From Desulfobacterales bacterium (GTDB taxonomy: Bacteria; Desulfobacterota; Desulfobacteria; Desulfobacterales; UBA5852): DNA of 64,000 bases. Of the stretch, positions 8,793-18,648 are shown piece by piece. Each line of letters opens with the position of its first letter. The stretch's first letter is position 1. The notes beneath the pieces were generated by a model. It saw only the letters and a program-made list of their open reading frames with translations. It was not told where the DNA came from and ran no database searches. The stretch is taken from the NCBI GenBank assembly GCA_963674755.2, contig CAXXVS010000003.1, forward strand, positions 960,001 through 1,024,000. Reading direction: 5' to 3'. Made by a program: the position numbers and the translations under genes.

Positions 8793-10961
8793 ATGGAGAA
8801 AATAGAAGCGATTTTTTCTCCCGGATCGGTGGCGGTGGTCGGTGCCTCCACCACACCCGGGAAGGTTGGCCACGATATCTTCGCCAATATCCTGCGCGGC
8901 GGCTACAAGGGCGTTCTCTACCCCGTCAACCCGACGGCCAAATCGGTGCTCAGTGTCCGGGCTTACGGCACCATCAGCGATATTCCGGACGAGGTCGATT
9001 TGGCCATGATCATCCTTCCCCCGCGACTTGCCGTGAAGGCGATCGATGACGCGATTCACAAAGGGGTCAAGGGGGTGGTGGTCGTATCGGCCGGTTTTCG
9101 GGAGGTTGGCCCGGAAGGGCGGGCGGTTGAGGACCGCATTGTCGCCATGTGCCGCGAGGCCGGGGTGCGCATGGTGGGCCCCAATTGCCTGGGGGTGATC
9201 AACCCCCATACCGATGTCCGCCTGAATGCCAGTTTTTCTTCGCGCATGCCCAATTCAGGGAACATCTCCTTCATTTCCCAAAGCGGGGCGCTGTGCACGG
9301 CCGTTCTCGATTTTGCGGCTGCCCGGGATTTCGGCTTCTCCAAGTTTATTTCCATCGGCAACAAGGCCGATGTGAACGAACTGGATTTGCTCCAGTACCT
9401 GCACCGGGATCTGGATACGGACGTCATTATGCTCTACATCGAAGAGCTGCGGCGGGGCGCGGAATTCGTGGAGGTTGTCAAAAACATCACCTCCGGCAAC
9501 CGCCCCACACCGGTTTTGGTCATCAAATCCGGCCGGACGGTGGCCGGCGCCCAGGCCGCCGCTTCCCATACCGGTGCCCTGGCCGGCACCGAAGCTGTCT
9601 ACGACGCCATCTTCGAACAGTCCGGGGTGATTCGGGTAGACACCATCGATGAATTGTTCGATTTTGCCAGTGCTTTCGCCTTCAAGGCGGAGAGCACCCT
9701 GGGCAAGGTCGCCCGGCGTATTCCCAACGGCAACCGGGTGGCCATCGTGACCAATGCCGGCGGTCCCGGTATTGTGGCGACGGATATGACGGTTTCTTCC
9801 GGTCTGCAGCTGGCCCAACTGACGCCGGAAACGATCGAGGTGCTGGCCAGCCATCTGCCTTCCACCGCCAATATCCACAATCCGGTGGACGTCATCGGGG
9901 ATGCCACCCAGGATCGTTACGAGAACGCTTTGGCGGCGGTTGTTCGGGATGAAGGCGTCGACGGCGCGCTGGTCATCCTGACCCCCCAGTCCATGACCAA
10001 TGCGCTGGAAACCGCCAAGGCCATCACCAGGGTTGCCCGCAACGCTCACAAACCGATTCTGTGCAGTTTCATGGGGATCGTCGATGTGTCGGCCGGGGTC
10101 CAATATCTCCAGGAGCAGGGCTATCCGGTCTACCGCTTTCCGGAGAATGCCGCCAAGTCATTCGGTGCCCTCTACCGTTATTCCCGCTGGCTCAACCGTC
10201 AGACGCTGGCACCCCACCGGTTCAGTCATGACACGGACCGGGCGCGCGCCATCATCGCCCAGTGCCGGCAAGAGGGCCGCACGGCCATTGGAGAACTCGA
10301 AGGGGCCCGTATCCTGGAATGCTACGGGTTCCATGTGTTGCCGACCCACCTGGCACACAGCCCGGAGGAGGCGGCCGATCTGGCCCAGGATATGGCCTTC
10401 CCGGTGGTCATGAAGATCGTTTCGCCCCAGATCCTGCACAAATCCGATGCCGGAGGGGTGGTGGTCGGGATCACGACGCCGGAAGAGGCCCGGGCGGCCT
10501 ACGAACGGATCGTGAGCAACGCCCGCGCCTATCAGCCGGAGGCTGAAATCGAGGGCGTCCTGGTGGTAAAAATGGCACCGGCCGGTCAGGAGACCATCCT
10601 GGGGATGAATCGCTATCCCGGTTTTGGTCCGCTGCTCATGTTCGGTTTCGGCGGCGTTTTTGTGGAAGTCTTCAAGGACGTCACCTTTCGCCTGGCCCCG
10701 GTCGGTCGCAATGAAGCCCGCCGCATGCTCAATGCGGTCCGCGCCGTCAAGCTGCTCAAGGGTTTTCGCGGGACGCCGGCCGCGGATACGGGTGCCATCG
10801 AAGAGGCCATCGTCCGGTTGTCGGACCTTGCCCTGGCGCATCCGGAAATTGCCGAACTCGATATCAACCCCCTGTTGGCCCATCCCCAGGGGCAAGGCGT
10901 CACGGTTGCGGACTGCCGTATGATTTTAACGCCCCTCGAAGCGCAAGCAAGCGAAGCCTAG
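8793..10961 (+). CDS. NDP-forming acyl-CoA synthetase (fused alpha/beta, acetate-CoA ligase family)
   Basis: CoA-binding GAS...GKVG, GPNCLG, SQSGA, phospho-His SHTGALAG, ATP-grasp KIVSPQILHKSDAGGV and ELDINP. Confidence 0.9.
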   Translation: MEKIEAIFSPGSVAVVGASTTPGKVGHDIFANILRGGYKGVLYPVNPTAKSVLSVRAYGTISDIPDEVDLAMIILPPRLAVKAIDDAIHKGVKGVVVVSAGFREVGPEGRAVEDRIVAMCREAGVRMVGPNCLGVINPHTDVRLNASFSSRMPNSGNISFISQSGALCTAVLDFAAARDFGFSKFISIGNKADVNELDLLQYLHRDLDTDVIMLYIEELRRGAEFVEVVKNITSGNRPTPVLVIKSGRTVAGAQAAASHTGALAGTEAVYDAIFEQSGVIRVDTIDELFDFASAFAFKAESTLGKVARRIPNGNRVAIVTNAGGPGIVATDMTVSSGLQLAQLTPETIEVLASHLPSTANIHNPVDVIGDATQDRYENALAAVVRDEGVDGALVILTPQSMTNALETAKAITRVARNAHKPILCSFMGIVDVSAGVQYLQEQGYPVYRFPENAAKSFGALYRYSRWLNRQTLAPHRFSHDTDRARAIIAQCRQEGRTAIGELEGARILECYGFHVLPTHLAHSPEEAADLAQDMAFPVVMKIVSPQILHKSDAGGVVVGITTPEEARAAYERIVSNARAYQPEAEIEGVLVVKMAPAGQETILGMNRYPGFGPLLMFGFGGVFVEVFKDVTFRLAPVGRNEARRMLNAVRAVKLLKGFRGTPAADTGAIEEAIVRLSDLALAHPEIAELDINPLLAHPQGQGVTVADCRMILTPLEAQASEA

Positions 10962-10975
10962 GAGATTCAAGCGGA

Positions 10976-11572
10976 ATGACCTCCTCGGGATCACGCCGGG
11001 TACTCAAGCCGGTTCTCGTGGCTGTACCCGCACGAATCCAGGGGTGGACGGGGCCGCGTCGCGTGCGCGCCTTGAGCCGGCTGGCGCGGGCGGCGGCCCG
11101 GATGTCGGCCCGTAGCGCCGGTGGCGTTCTGGGGCGCCTGGCCAAAGATCCCGACGGTGTGCCCCTGCCGACCAACGGATGGCACTGGTCGGTGGCCCAC
11201 AAACCGGGTTATGTGGCCGGCGTGGCGGGGACGGGGCCCCTGGGCATCGACATCGAGCCCGTAACACCCCGCAACCGCAATTTGTTCAGCAAGATTGCCA
11301 CGCCGGAGGAATGGCGCCTGGGCCATGAAGAGGAGTGGTATCTTTTCTACCGGTTCTGGACCGCGAAAGAGGCGGTCTTGAAGGCGGTCGGGTTGGGGTT
11401 GAAGGGGCTTTCCCGCTGTCGCGTGGTGGCGATCGACGCCCCCTTACGGATGACGCTGGAATTCGAGGGCCGGTGTTGGCCGGTGGCGCAAGTCTATCGG
11501 AACGGCTATCTGGCCGCCCTGGCAGCGCAAGATTGGCGGGTGCACTGGATTTGGTCGGATATCACTCCCTGA
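10976..11572 (+). CDS. Sfp-type 4'-phosphopantetheinyl [11 protein letters not shown]
   Basis: LGIDIE and FWTAKEAVLKA.G.GL motifs. Confidence 0.85.
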   Translation: MTSSGSRRVLKPVLVAVPARIQGWTGPRRVRALSRLARAAARMSARSAGGVLGRLAKDPDGVPLPTNGWHWSVAHKPGYVAGVAGTGPLGIDIEPVTPRNRNLFSKIATPEEWRLGHEEEWYLFYRFWTAKEAVLKAVGLGLKGLSRCRVVAIDAPLRMTLEFEGRCWPVAQVYRNGYLAALAAQDWRVHWIWSDITP

Positions 11573-11584
11573 CGGAAGGAACCG

Positions 11585-12163
11585 TTACAGGGAGGGGATG
11601 GGTTCGATTTTAAAAATGGAACTGCATTTTTTGCAGCGGGTGGTGATGCCGACCTGGTCGTCGCGGATCGCGTAGCGCTGGCCACAGTGGGGACAGGCGG
11701 TTTTGGCCATAACCGGTTGCGTCACCACGGGTTGGCTGCTTTCCGCCGCCGCCCGGATGGTTTCAGGATCCAGGAGGCCGTCGGTGGTCTGGTTGGTTTC
11801 TTCTTCCACCCGCCGCTTTTTTTCCAGGTAAGCCTCGTATTTCGTAAAAATGATGCCGCAGCGCAGGCATTCCAGAGCATTCTCCGGGTTTCCGAAACCA
11901 CATTTCGGGCAGGGGTTTTTCGGGGTCGGCGGCGCGGGTGACGCCACAGGGCCTGTTTCCGTCAGGTCAGTTTCAGGCATGTGCTCCTCCCTGGTGGAGG
12001 CTTCCGTAGGTTTTCCGGAGGCAGAATCGTCATCCTCGGAGAATTGCAATGGTGCGTCGTCACGGTGGGTCATTTTCTGTTCGACATAGGCGTAGTCGAT
12101 GCCGCATTGGGGACACTCGCGGTCTCCGGGTTTACGCGGATAGTCACATCGCGGGCATTTCAT
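11585..12163 (-). CDS. Protein with three zinc ribbons
   Basis: CPRC/CPQC, CPKC/CLRC and CPHC/CKKC pairs separated by acidic, Pro-rich linkers. Confidence 0.75.
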   Translation of the reverse strand: MKCPRCDYPRKPGDRECPQCGIDYAYVEQKMTHRDDAPLQFSEDDDSASGKPTEASTREEHMPETDLTETGPVASPAPPTPKNPCPKCGFGNPENALECLRCGIIFTKYEAYLEKKRRVEEETNQTTDGLLDPETIRAAAESSQPVVTQPVMAKTACPHCGQRYAIRDDQVGITTRCKKCSSIFKIEPIPSL

Positions 12164-12648
12164 GAGACACTCCGAAAAGTAGCGTCCGAACGCAATTCAG
12201 ATCCCATCTTGAGCACTCTTTAATTGAACGGTGGGGCAGACCGCCGAGCGCTTTTGCCGAATGTATCAAAGATGCTGCCGCTCTGGGGGTGAAACGCCGC
12301 GATTAGTGCGATTCCACAATCTGCCAATGCCCTAGCGCATGCCTATTATGACACCACAAATGTAGCAGAAATTTTTTTTGGTGTCAAAACAGACCAGATG
12401 ATTAGCGGGCCTCCCCGACACCGGGCCGCCGGCTAAGCGCAGGGCCGAAGGCGCGTGATGCATTGGGCTTGCATGCCTCCGATGCTTGTGGGTATAGTTC
12501 AACGATCAACCAGACGACACCACGGTTTTTGTCGCTGCTGCAGCCCAACGCCTGCCGCGCGGGAAGGCGCGATTGGTTTCCTTCGTTTCAACGGGGATTC
12601 TCAAATTGCTGCGGTCTTTGGCCCAAGGCGCCCGAAAGGAGACGGTTC

Positions 12649-14151
12649 ATGCACGATTTAACCCTTTACGATTTGTTCCACCGCAACGCTTTGTTGCATG
12701 GCAATCGCCCGGCCCTCAAAAGCGATGAGGGGCAGGTGACGTTCCGCCAGCTGGCCGACCGATCGGCGTCGCTGGCCCGGATCCTGGTCCGGAAAGGGGT
12801 GACCAAGGGCGACCGTTTAGGTCTTATGGCCTATAACAGCGAAGCCTGTTTGCTCGTCATGGGTGCGGCGGCCTGCCTGGGGGCCATTTTAGTCCCCCTG
12901 AACTGGCGCCTGGCCATCGAAGAACTCCATCATATTGTGACGGATGCCGAACCCGTATGGCTGTTTTTTGATGACGCCCATGCGGCGGCCGTGGAAAGCC
13001 TGTCGGCCATGAGCGGCTTTCCGGATCATCAAACCCGCCTGGAGGCCCTGCCCGACCTGCTCGATAACGACCGCGGGGATCGGTCCTGGAATCCCGACGA
13101 TCATCCGGTGGCCGGCGACGATCCCTATTGCCTCATTTACACGGCCGCGGTCGAAGGCCGCTCGCGGGGGGCGGTGCTGAGCCATCATAATTTCATTTAC
13201 AGTAACATCCAGACCATTGCGACCCTGGGGCTGACCTCCCGGGATGCCTACCTGAACATGCTGCCCCTCTTCCATATCACCGGACTCAATCTGGCTCTCT
13301 CGGTCATGCATGTGGGCGGTCTGAATGTGATCATGGACCGCTTCGATGCCCAGCGGGCTATTGCATGGATCGCGAAAGCCAAGGTCACGCTGTTGGGCAG
13401 TTTCCCGCCAATTTTGAGCAAGCTTTCAGAGGCCCTCGATCAGGATCCCCAGGATCTCACCTCCCTCAAACACATTATGGGACTCGACCATCCCGACGCC
13501 ATCGCGGCTTTCGAGCAGCGGACCGGCTGCCGGTTCTGGACGCTGTACGGCCAGACGGAGACCTCCGGTTTCGTGACCCTGTCGCCGGTGTCTGAAAACC
13601 CCGGTTCGGCCGGCCGGCAGGGGCTCTTGACCTCCTACCGCATCGTGGACGAGCAGGACAATGAAGTGCCCGGCGGTGAAACCGGTGAAATTGTCGTCCG
13701 GGGACCGCTGGTCTTCCTGGGGTTCTGGCGGCAGGAGGTCTACAATGAGAAAATTTTCCGCAACGGCTGGCATCATACCGGCGATCTCGGCTGTGTGGAT
13801 GCCGAAGGGACGCTTTGGTTCAAGGGCCGCAAGCCCGAAAAAGAACTCATCAAACCGGGGGGTGAAAATGTCTATCCGGCCGAGGTGGAAGCGGTTATCC
13901 TGACCCATGAGGCCGTGGCCGAGGTGGCGGTGATCGGGGTGCCGGACCCGCAATTCGGCGAGGGCATCAAGGCCGTTTGCGTTCTTGAAGCCGGCCGGAC
14001 GGTTTCAGCGGAGGACCTGGCGGAGTTCGTGGCGGGCCGCATCGCACGCTACAAGAAACCCCGCTATGTGATCTTCGTGGAGCGGCTGCCCAAAAAAACG
14101 GACGGCACCACCGACCGGGAACAGGTGAAAGCGCTTTACGGCCAAGCTTAA
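12649..14151 (+). CDS. AMP-forming acyl-CoA ligase (long-chain fatty-acid-CoA ligase family)
   Basis: Variant P-loop YTAAVEGRSRG, YGQTE, HTGDLG, GGENVYPAEVE; AAAGGAG RBS before ATG 12649. Confidence 0.9.
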   Translation: MHDLTLYDLFHRNALLHGNRPALKSDEGQVTFRQLADRSASLARILVRKGVTKGDRLGLMAYNSEACLLVMGAAACLGAILVPLNWRLAIEELHHIVTDAEPVWLFFDDAHAAAVESLSAMSGFPDHQTRLEALPDLLDNDRGDRSWNPDDHPVAGDDPYCLIYTAAVEGRSRGAVLSHHNFIYSNIQTIATLGLTSRDAYLNMLPLFHITGLNLALSVMHVGGLNVIMDRFDAQRAIAWIAKAKVTLLGSFPPILSKLSEALDQDPQDLTSLKHIMGLDHPDAIAAFEQRTGCRFWTLYGQTETSGFVTLSPVSENPGSAGRQGLLTSYRIVDEQDNEVPGGETGEIVVRGPLVFLGFWRQEVYNEKIFRNGWHHTGDLGCVDAEGTLWFKGRKPEKELIKPGGENVYPAEVEAVILTHEAVAEVAVIGVPDPQFGEGIKAVCVLEAGRTVSAEDLAEFVAGRIARYKKPRYVIFVERLPKKTDGTTDREQVKALYGQA

Positions 14152-14226
14152 CGACCCTATTCATATCGATACAACGGCCTTCGGCCGCCAATGCATCCTG
14201 TCGGACAGCGTTGCGAAACCACGGAA
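14149..14226. repeat. Intergenic repeat family B, partial copy 2
   Basis: CCCTATTCAT...CCTTCGGCCGCC...CATCCTG...GCGTTGCGAAACCACGG; starts on the upstream TAA and runs into the next RBS. Confidence 0.7.
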
Positions 14227-14236
14227 AGGAAACTTC

Positions 14237-15826
14237 ATGGATGTCACATTTCACGGGGCGGTGCGGGAAGTAACCGGATCGGCCCATCTGCTGGGCAACG
14301 GCAATGATCGGATTTTGCTGGATTGCGGCATGTTTCAGGGCCGGCGCAAGGAGAGCAGCGAAAAGAACCGTCATTTGCCTTTTGACGGCCGTACGATAAC
14401 GAACGTGGTGCTCTCCCATGCCCATATCGACCATTCCGGAAGGATCCCCCTGCTGGCCCGCGAAGGATTTGCCGGGCGCGTTTTCGCCACCCGGGCCACC
14501 GCGGACGCCTGCGAATATCTCCTGACCGATGCTGCCCACATCCAGGAATCGGACGCGCTCTACCTGAACTATAAGATGGTGCGCGCCCATCTGTGCCAGA
14601 TGAAAGACGCCGGGGCGGGTAAAGGAACGCCATGCAACACCAACAGCGAGATCCGCAGGTTCCTCAAAAAAAGCGGCCACGAACTCAATGTGGACAACAT
14701 CAACGAGATGATCCGGGTTCACCATTTGGACCCGGTAACGCCGCTCTATACCATGCCTGATGCCGAGGCCTCCCTTACCCTTTTCGACGGCTATCCCTAC
14801 CGCAATCCCATCACCATCGGGAAGGATATGACCTGCACTTTCTACGACGCCGGCCACATCCTGGGGTCGGCCATCAGCATGGTCCAGGTGCGCCGCAACG
14901 GGCAGACCAAGACGATCTGTTTTACCGGCGACCTGGGACGTTTCGGCAAACCCATTCTGCGCGACCCGGTCCTGACCTTCCCGGAGGAACACCGTGCGAT
15001 CGATCTGCTGATCATGGAGAGCACTTACGGCGATCGTCTGCACGAACCGGTCATCGATCTCAAACCGCGCCTGCAGGCCGTGGTGACGGAGGCGGTCGCG
15101 CGCGGTGGCTCCATCCTGATCCCGTCCTTTGCCTTCGGCCGCACCCAGGAGCTGCTCTATGTCCTGCACGAGCTGTATATGGAAGGCAGCGTGCCGCGCC
15201 TGCCCGTCTTTGTGGACAGCCCCCTGGCGGTCAAGCTCACTAAAGTCTTCGGCGAACATCCGGAAGTCTATGATCGGGACACGCAAGAAACCTTTCTGCG
15301 AAGCGGGCAAAACCCGTTTATGTTCGATCAAATCCATTTTGTCCAATCCGTGGAGGAGTCCATCGCCCTGACCCGGGATGAAAAGCCCCACATCGTCATT
15401 TCAGCCTCGGGCATGTGTGAGGCGGGCCGTATCCTGCATCATTTGCGCTATCGGATCCACAATCCTAAAAATACGATTCTGATCGTGGGATTCATGGCCC
15501 AGCATACCCTGGGAAGACGCATCCTGGAATTGGGCGAGGCTTACGCGGCCGAAGGACGCAAAGGGCAGCCGCCAACGGTCAAATTTCTAAACAAGGAATA
15601 TCCCCTGGCAGCGCACGTGGTGAAGATCGGCGGGTTCAGCGCCCATGCGGACCGTGATGAAATGATGCATTTCCTGGAGGCTTCCAACCTCAAGATCAAA
15701 CGCATCGCCGTGGTTCATGGCGAAGAAGACCAGGCCCTGGCCTTTGCCGGCCACCTGGGCCAAAAGGGCTATGATGCTTTTGTCCCCCAGCTCGGTGAAT
15801 CCGTCACGATCGACGGCGCCGCCTAA
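14237..15826 (+). CDS. Metallo-beta-lactamase beta-CASP ribonuclease
   Basis: SHAHIDHSG, AGHILGS, MESTYGDRLH, SASGMCEAGRILHHL, FSAHAD and VHGE. Confidence 0.92.
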   Translation: MDVTFHGAVREVTGSAHLLGNGNDRILLDCGMFQGRRKESSEKNRHLPFDGRTITNVVLSHAHIDHSGRIPLLAREGFAGRVFATRATADACEYLLTDAAHIQESDALYLNYKMVRAHLCQMKDAGAGKGTPCNTNSEIRRFLKKSGHELNVDNINEMIRVHHLDPVTPLYTMPDAEASLTLFDGYPYRNPITIGKDMTCTFYDAGHILGSAISMVQVRRNGQTKTICFTGDLGRFGKPILRDPVLTFPEEHRAIDLLIMESTYGDRLHEPVIDLKPRLQAVVTEAVARGGSILIPSFAFGRTQELLYVLHELYMEGSVPRLPVFVDSPLAVKLTKVFGEHPEVYDRDTQETFLRSGQNPFMFDQIHFVQSVEESIALTRDEKPHIVISASGMCEAGRILHHLRYRIHNPKNTILIVGFMAQHTLGRRILELGEAYAAEGRKGQPPTVKFLNKEYPLAAHVVKIGGFSAHADRDEMMHFLEASNLKIKRIAVVHGEEDQALAFAGHLGQKGYDAFVPQLGESVTIDGAA

Positions 15827-16397
15827 CAGCAGCCGAATGCGGCGGGGGTGTCATGAATGGATCGGTGCCTTCTGCGCCATCCATGCATGGCCTTCCCCTG
15901 CCGACGGCCACCAGCCCTCACTGGAAACGGTTCCCCTATCGTTACGGTCTTGACGGGAGTGGATCGGCCCCTATTTTTATAATATTGGTAGCGGTATTCT
16001 GCTGATTATTGTTCCTCTGCTTTTCTCGCTGCCCGGAGCTGATGCGCTGGGGCGCATGCCTGCCCCGTTCGCCTGGCGGCCTATTCCTGCCCACGATCTG
16101 ACCTTCACACGTTGACGTTACGTCTTTCCGTGCGCTGATCAACGGCGGTGCCCGGCCGTGCTTCCGGCGGGCCATTATCACACGGCGCTGGCGCGCCCAT
16201 GGCAGAAAGGAAGTCCCATGCCTGGATTCTGCTTCAACGGAAGATCCAAAGTGCCGATAATCACGTCTCCGGGTTGGGCGTGTTGACCTGGAGACGGCAG
16301 GTTGGCGGGTGAAGGCGGCGATCGGAGCGGGGGCGGAGGCATGTCAGAAACGATGCCACCGCACCCGATGAGGCAATCTTGGACCAGGAGGCCGATC

Positions 16398-16592
16398 ATG
16401 AAATTCCAGGACTTTTTTGTGCCGCGGTGGCAGCACTCCAATCCGGATGTGCGCCAGAAAGCCGTGCTGCGACTGAATGACCCGGCGCTGCTGCGCCAGA
16501 TCATCGACAAGGACGATGATGAAATGGTGCGGTTGAGCGCCAAGGAGCGCTTGGTCGCGCTGAGCAGCGACAACGTTACCGTGGATGCTTAG
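16398..16592 (+). CDS. Small HEAT-repeat-like protein (64 aa)
   Basis: AGGAGG RBS; WQHSNPDVRQKAV and DDDEMVRLSA helical repeats. Confidence 0.7.
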   Translation: MKFQDFFVPRWQHSNPDVRQKAVLRLNDPALLRQIIDKDDDEMVRLSAKERLVALSSDNVTVDA

Positions 16593-16624
16593 CAGATGGC
16601 CGCTGCGCGATGCCAGGTTTATCA

Positions 16625-16658
16625 GGGTGCCGGTATACGGAGCTGCATGCCGGCACCC
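16625..16658 (+). terminator. Hairpin, possible terminator or mRNA stabiliser
   Basis: GGGTGCCGGTAT...ATGCCGGCACCC stem after the small HEAT gene; no U tract; coordinates approximate. Confidence 0.3.
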
Positions 16659-16875
16659 CGTCATGTAATATGCCCCTTCACAGGATAGCGGCTTCCCAAG
16701 CCCGTTTCGAAATGGGAGCGATCCATCCCGGCCCTTTTCTTTTATGTCAGCCGTGTTATATTGAACCCCATCAATCCGCTGGCAGTATCGATCATGGCGA
16801 GGCGCCCTAGCAGGGGGCCTGCCTCTTGGATCGCGTTGCACAGGGGACAATCATCTTCAGGAGGGTTTCGATCGC

Positions 16876-17304
16876 ATGAAATATAAACAAGCTGTTTGCC
16901 TGGCCATCCTAGCGGCCGCGATGGTGTTAGGGCTCCATTCGTTGGATACGGTCCAGTCCGGTGAACAGATCAAATGGTATACCTACGATGAGGGCATGGC
17001 CAAAGCAAAGCAGACCGGCAAGAGCATCGTATTTTATTTCTACGCGGACTGGTGCAGTTATTGTGTCCGCATGCAGAAGGAAACCTTTTCCCACGCTTCG
17101 GTCATCGACTTCCTGAACAACAGGGTTATTGCCGTAAAAGTGGATGTCGACCAGAACAAGGACCTCGCCCGCACTTACCGGGTGCGTGGTCTTCCGGCGA
17201 CAGTTCTCCTGATGCGCAACGGGGAACAGGTGGGGCCAATGCCGGGCTTCATACCGGCCCAAAGCTATCTGGCCATGTTAACCAAAATCATGGAGCAATC
17301 CTGA
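16876..17304 (+). CDS. Exported thioredoxin-fold protein
   Basis: Signal peptide, FYADWCSYC and cis-Pro loop VRGLP. Confidence 0.88.
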   Translation: MKYKQAVCLAILAAAMVLGLHSLDTVQSGEQIKWYTYDEGMAKAKQTGKSIVFYFYADWCSYCVRMQKETFSHASVIDFLNNRVIAVKVDVDQNKDLARTYRVRGLPATVLLMRNGEQVGPMPGFIPAQSYLAMLTKIMEQS

Positions 17305-17351
17305 ACCGTTTCCCGCTCGCTTCCGTTCGCGGATGCGGCGTTTTTTTACGC

Positions 17352-17846
17352 ATGCCAGATGTGATTAAAAAAGTGGTTTTTCTGCTGAGCGCGGCTATTG
17401 GCCTGGCCTTGCTGGTCAACGGCCTCTCCCCCCACGGCATTCCCCTGATGGGACAATGGGACACCCGGCAGGGAGTCGTCACGGCCGATGCCGCGGCGGC
17501 CGCCCTGTGGATGGATTTTGAAATCCCCGATCCGGCCGCGGCCAAGCAAATCTTGGATGCGGGCGATGCGCTTTTTGTGGATGTCCGCAGTCGGGAAATG
17601 TACCTGGAAGGCCATATCCCCGGTGCGGTATCCTTACCCCTGGAAGAATTCGATGACCGAGTGGAGGCCTTTGCCCGGGAAGTGTCCCCTGAGCGCCCCA
17701 TTGTAACCTATTGTTCAGGACGCCTTTGCCAGGACAGCCACACGGTGGCCATGCTCCTCATGGAGCGCGGATATGAAAACGTGGTGGTGTTTATCGACGG
17801 CTACCCGGGATGGACGGATAATGGATACCCTGTCGCCAGGCAATAG
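17352..17846 (+). CDS. Membrane-anchored rhodanese-domain protein
   Basis: N-terminal TM helix, DVRS..Y..GHIPGA and YCSGRLC active loop. Confidence 0.85.
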   Translation: MPDVIKKVVFLLSAAIGLALLVNGLSPHGIPLMGQWDTRQGVVTADAAAAALWMDFEIPDPAAAKQILDAGDALFVDVRSREMYLEGHIPGAVSLPLEEFDDRVEAFAREVSPERPIVTYCSGRLCQDSHTVAMLLMERGYENVVVFIDGYPGWTDNGYPVARQ

Positions 17847-18300
17847 CGCGAACTGGCACGCCAACGGGTGGCTGGACCTCGGCCTGCGCTGGCTGTTAGG
17901 CGGACTTTTCGTGATGGCCAGTGCCCATAAAATCATGGATCCGGCCGCTTTCGCCAAAATTGTCTACGGCTATGATCTCTTCCCGCTGGCGGCCATCAAC
18001 CTCATCGCCATTATCGTGCCCTTTATCGAATTGACCGCCGGGCTGGCATTGTTGAGCGGGGTCTATCCGCGTGCCGCGGCCGTTATGCTTTGCGGACTGC
18101 TGCTGACCTTTATCATGGTTATCGGGATCAATGCCCTGCGGGGGCATGTTTTCGACTGCGGCTGTTTCGCCACCAGCGAAGCGGCCCTGTGGCAGAATCA
18201 TCCCGGGTTGATGCTGGGGCGCAATGCCGCGTTGCTCCTGATCGGATGGCGTGTCGCGGTTTTCCGGGGACGCCGCAGACTTCTGGTCTGCGCCGGCTGA
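17821..18300 (+). CDS. MauE/DoxX-family membrane protein
   Basis: GGLF..AS..KI.DP..FA, P..EL..G and DCGCF motifs; about 4 TM helices. Confidence 0.85.
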   Translation: MDTLSPGNSANWHANGWLDLGLRWLLGGLFVMASAHKIMDPAAFAKIVYGYDLFPLAAINLIAIIVPFIELTAGLALLSGVYPRAAAVMLCGLLLTFIMVIGINALRGHVFDCGCFATSEAALWQNHPGLMLGRNAALLLIGWRVAVFRGRRRLLVCAG

Positions 18301-18407
18301 TCCATATCGCCGTGTATCGTCTATGACCGGATAAGGTGTCTTACCACCCCGATACAACCACACCCGCCCCACGCGTTTTTACCTGACAGAGTTCTCCGCA
18401 GGCCCTG

Positions 18408-18608
18408 CTACTTCCGTAAGAGCCACAAAATGAGGGATACCACCAGGCTGACCAGGATCATCGTGGTGACAGGGATGTAGATCTTCAGTTGCGGCCGATT
18501 GATGATAATGTCGCCGGGCAGGCGCCCCAGCGGCAATTTTCCCAGCCAGGGCCAGAGCAGGCCCACCGCCAACACCGCGATTCCCACAGTGATCAATATT
18601 TTCTGCAT
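18408..18608 (-). CDS. DUF2905-like small membrane protein
   Basis: LGRLPGDI and YIPVTT motifs between two TM helices. Confidence 0.85.
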   Translation of the reverse strand: MQKILITVGIAVLAVGLLWPWLGKLPLGRLPGDIIINRPQLKIYIPVTTMILVSLVVSLILWLLRK

Positions 18609-18648
18609 GAGGCCGCCTCCATGAGGGTTCGGACACCGGCCGATGCTA

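Noticed and set aside
16218..16592. Cys-Sec (TGT TGA) readthrough fusing the uORF to the HEAT protein
   Set aside because: The hairpin after the TGA is too close for a SECIS, the intervening sequence is low-complexity, and the HEAT gene has its own AGGAGG RBS
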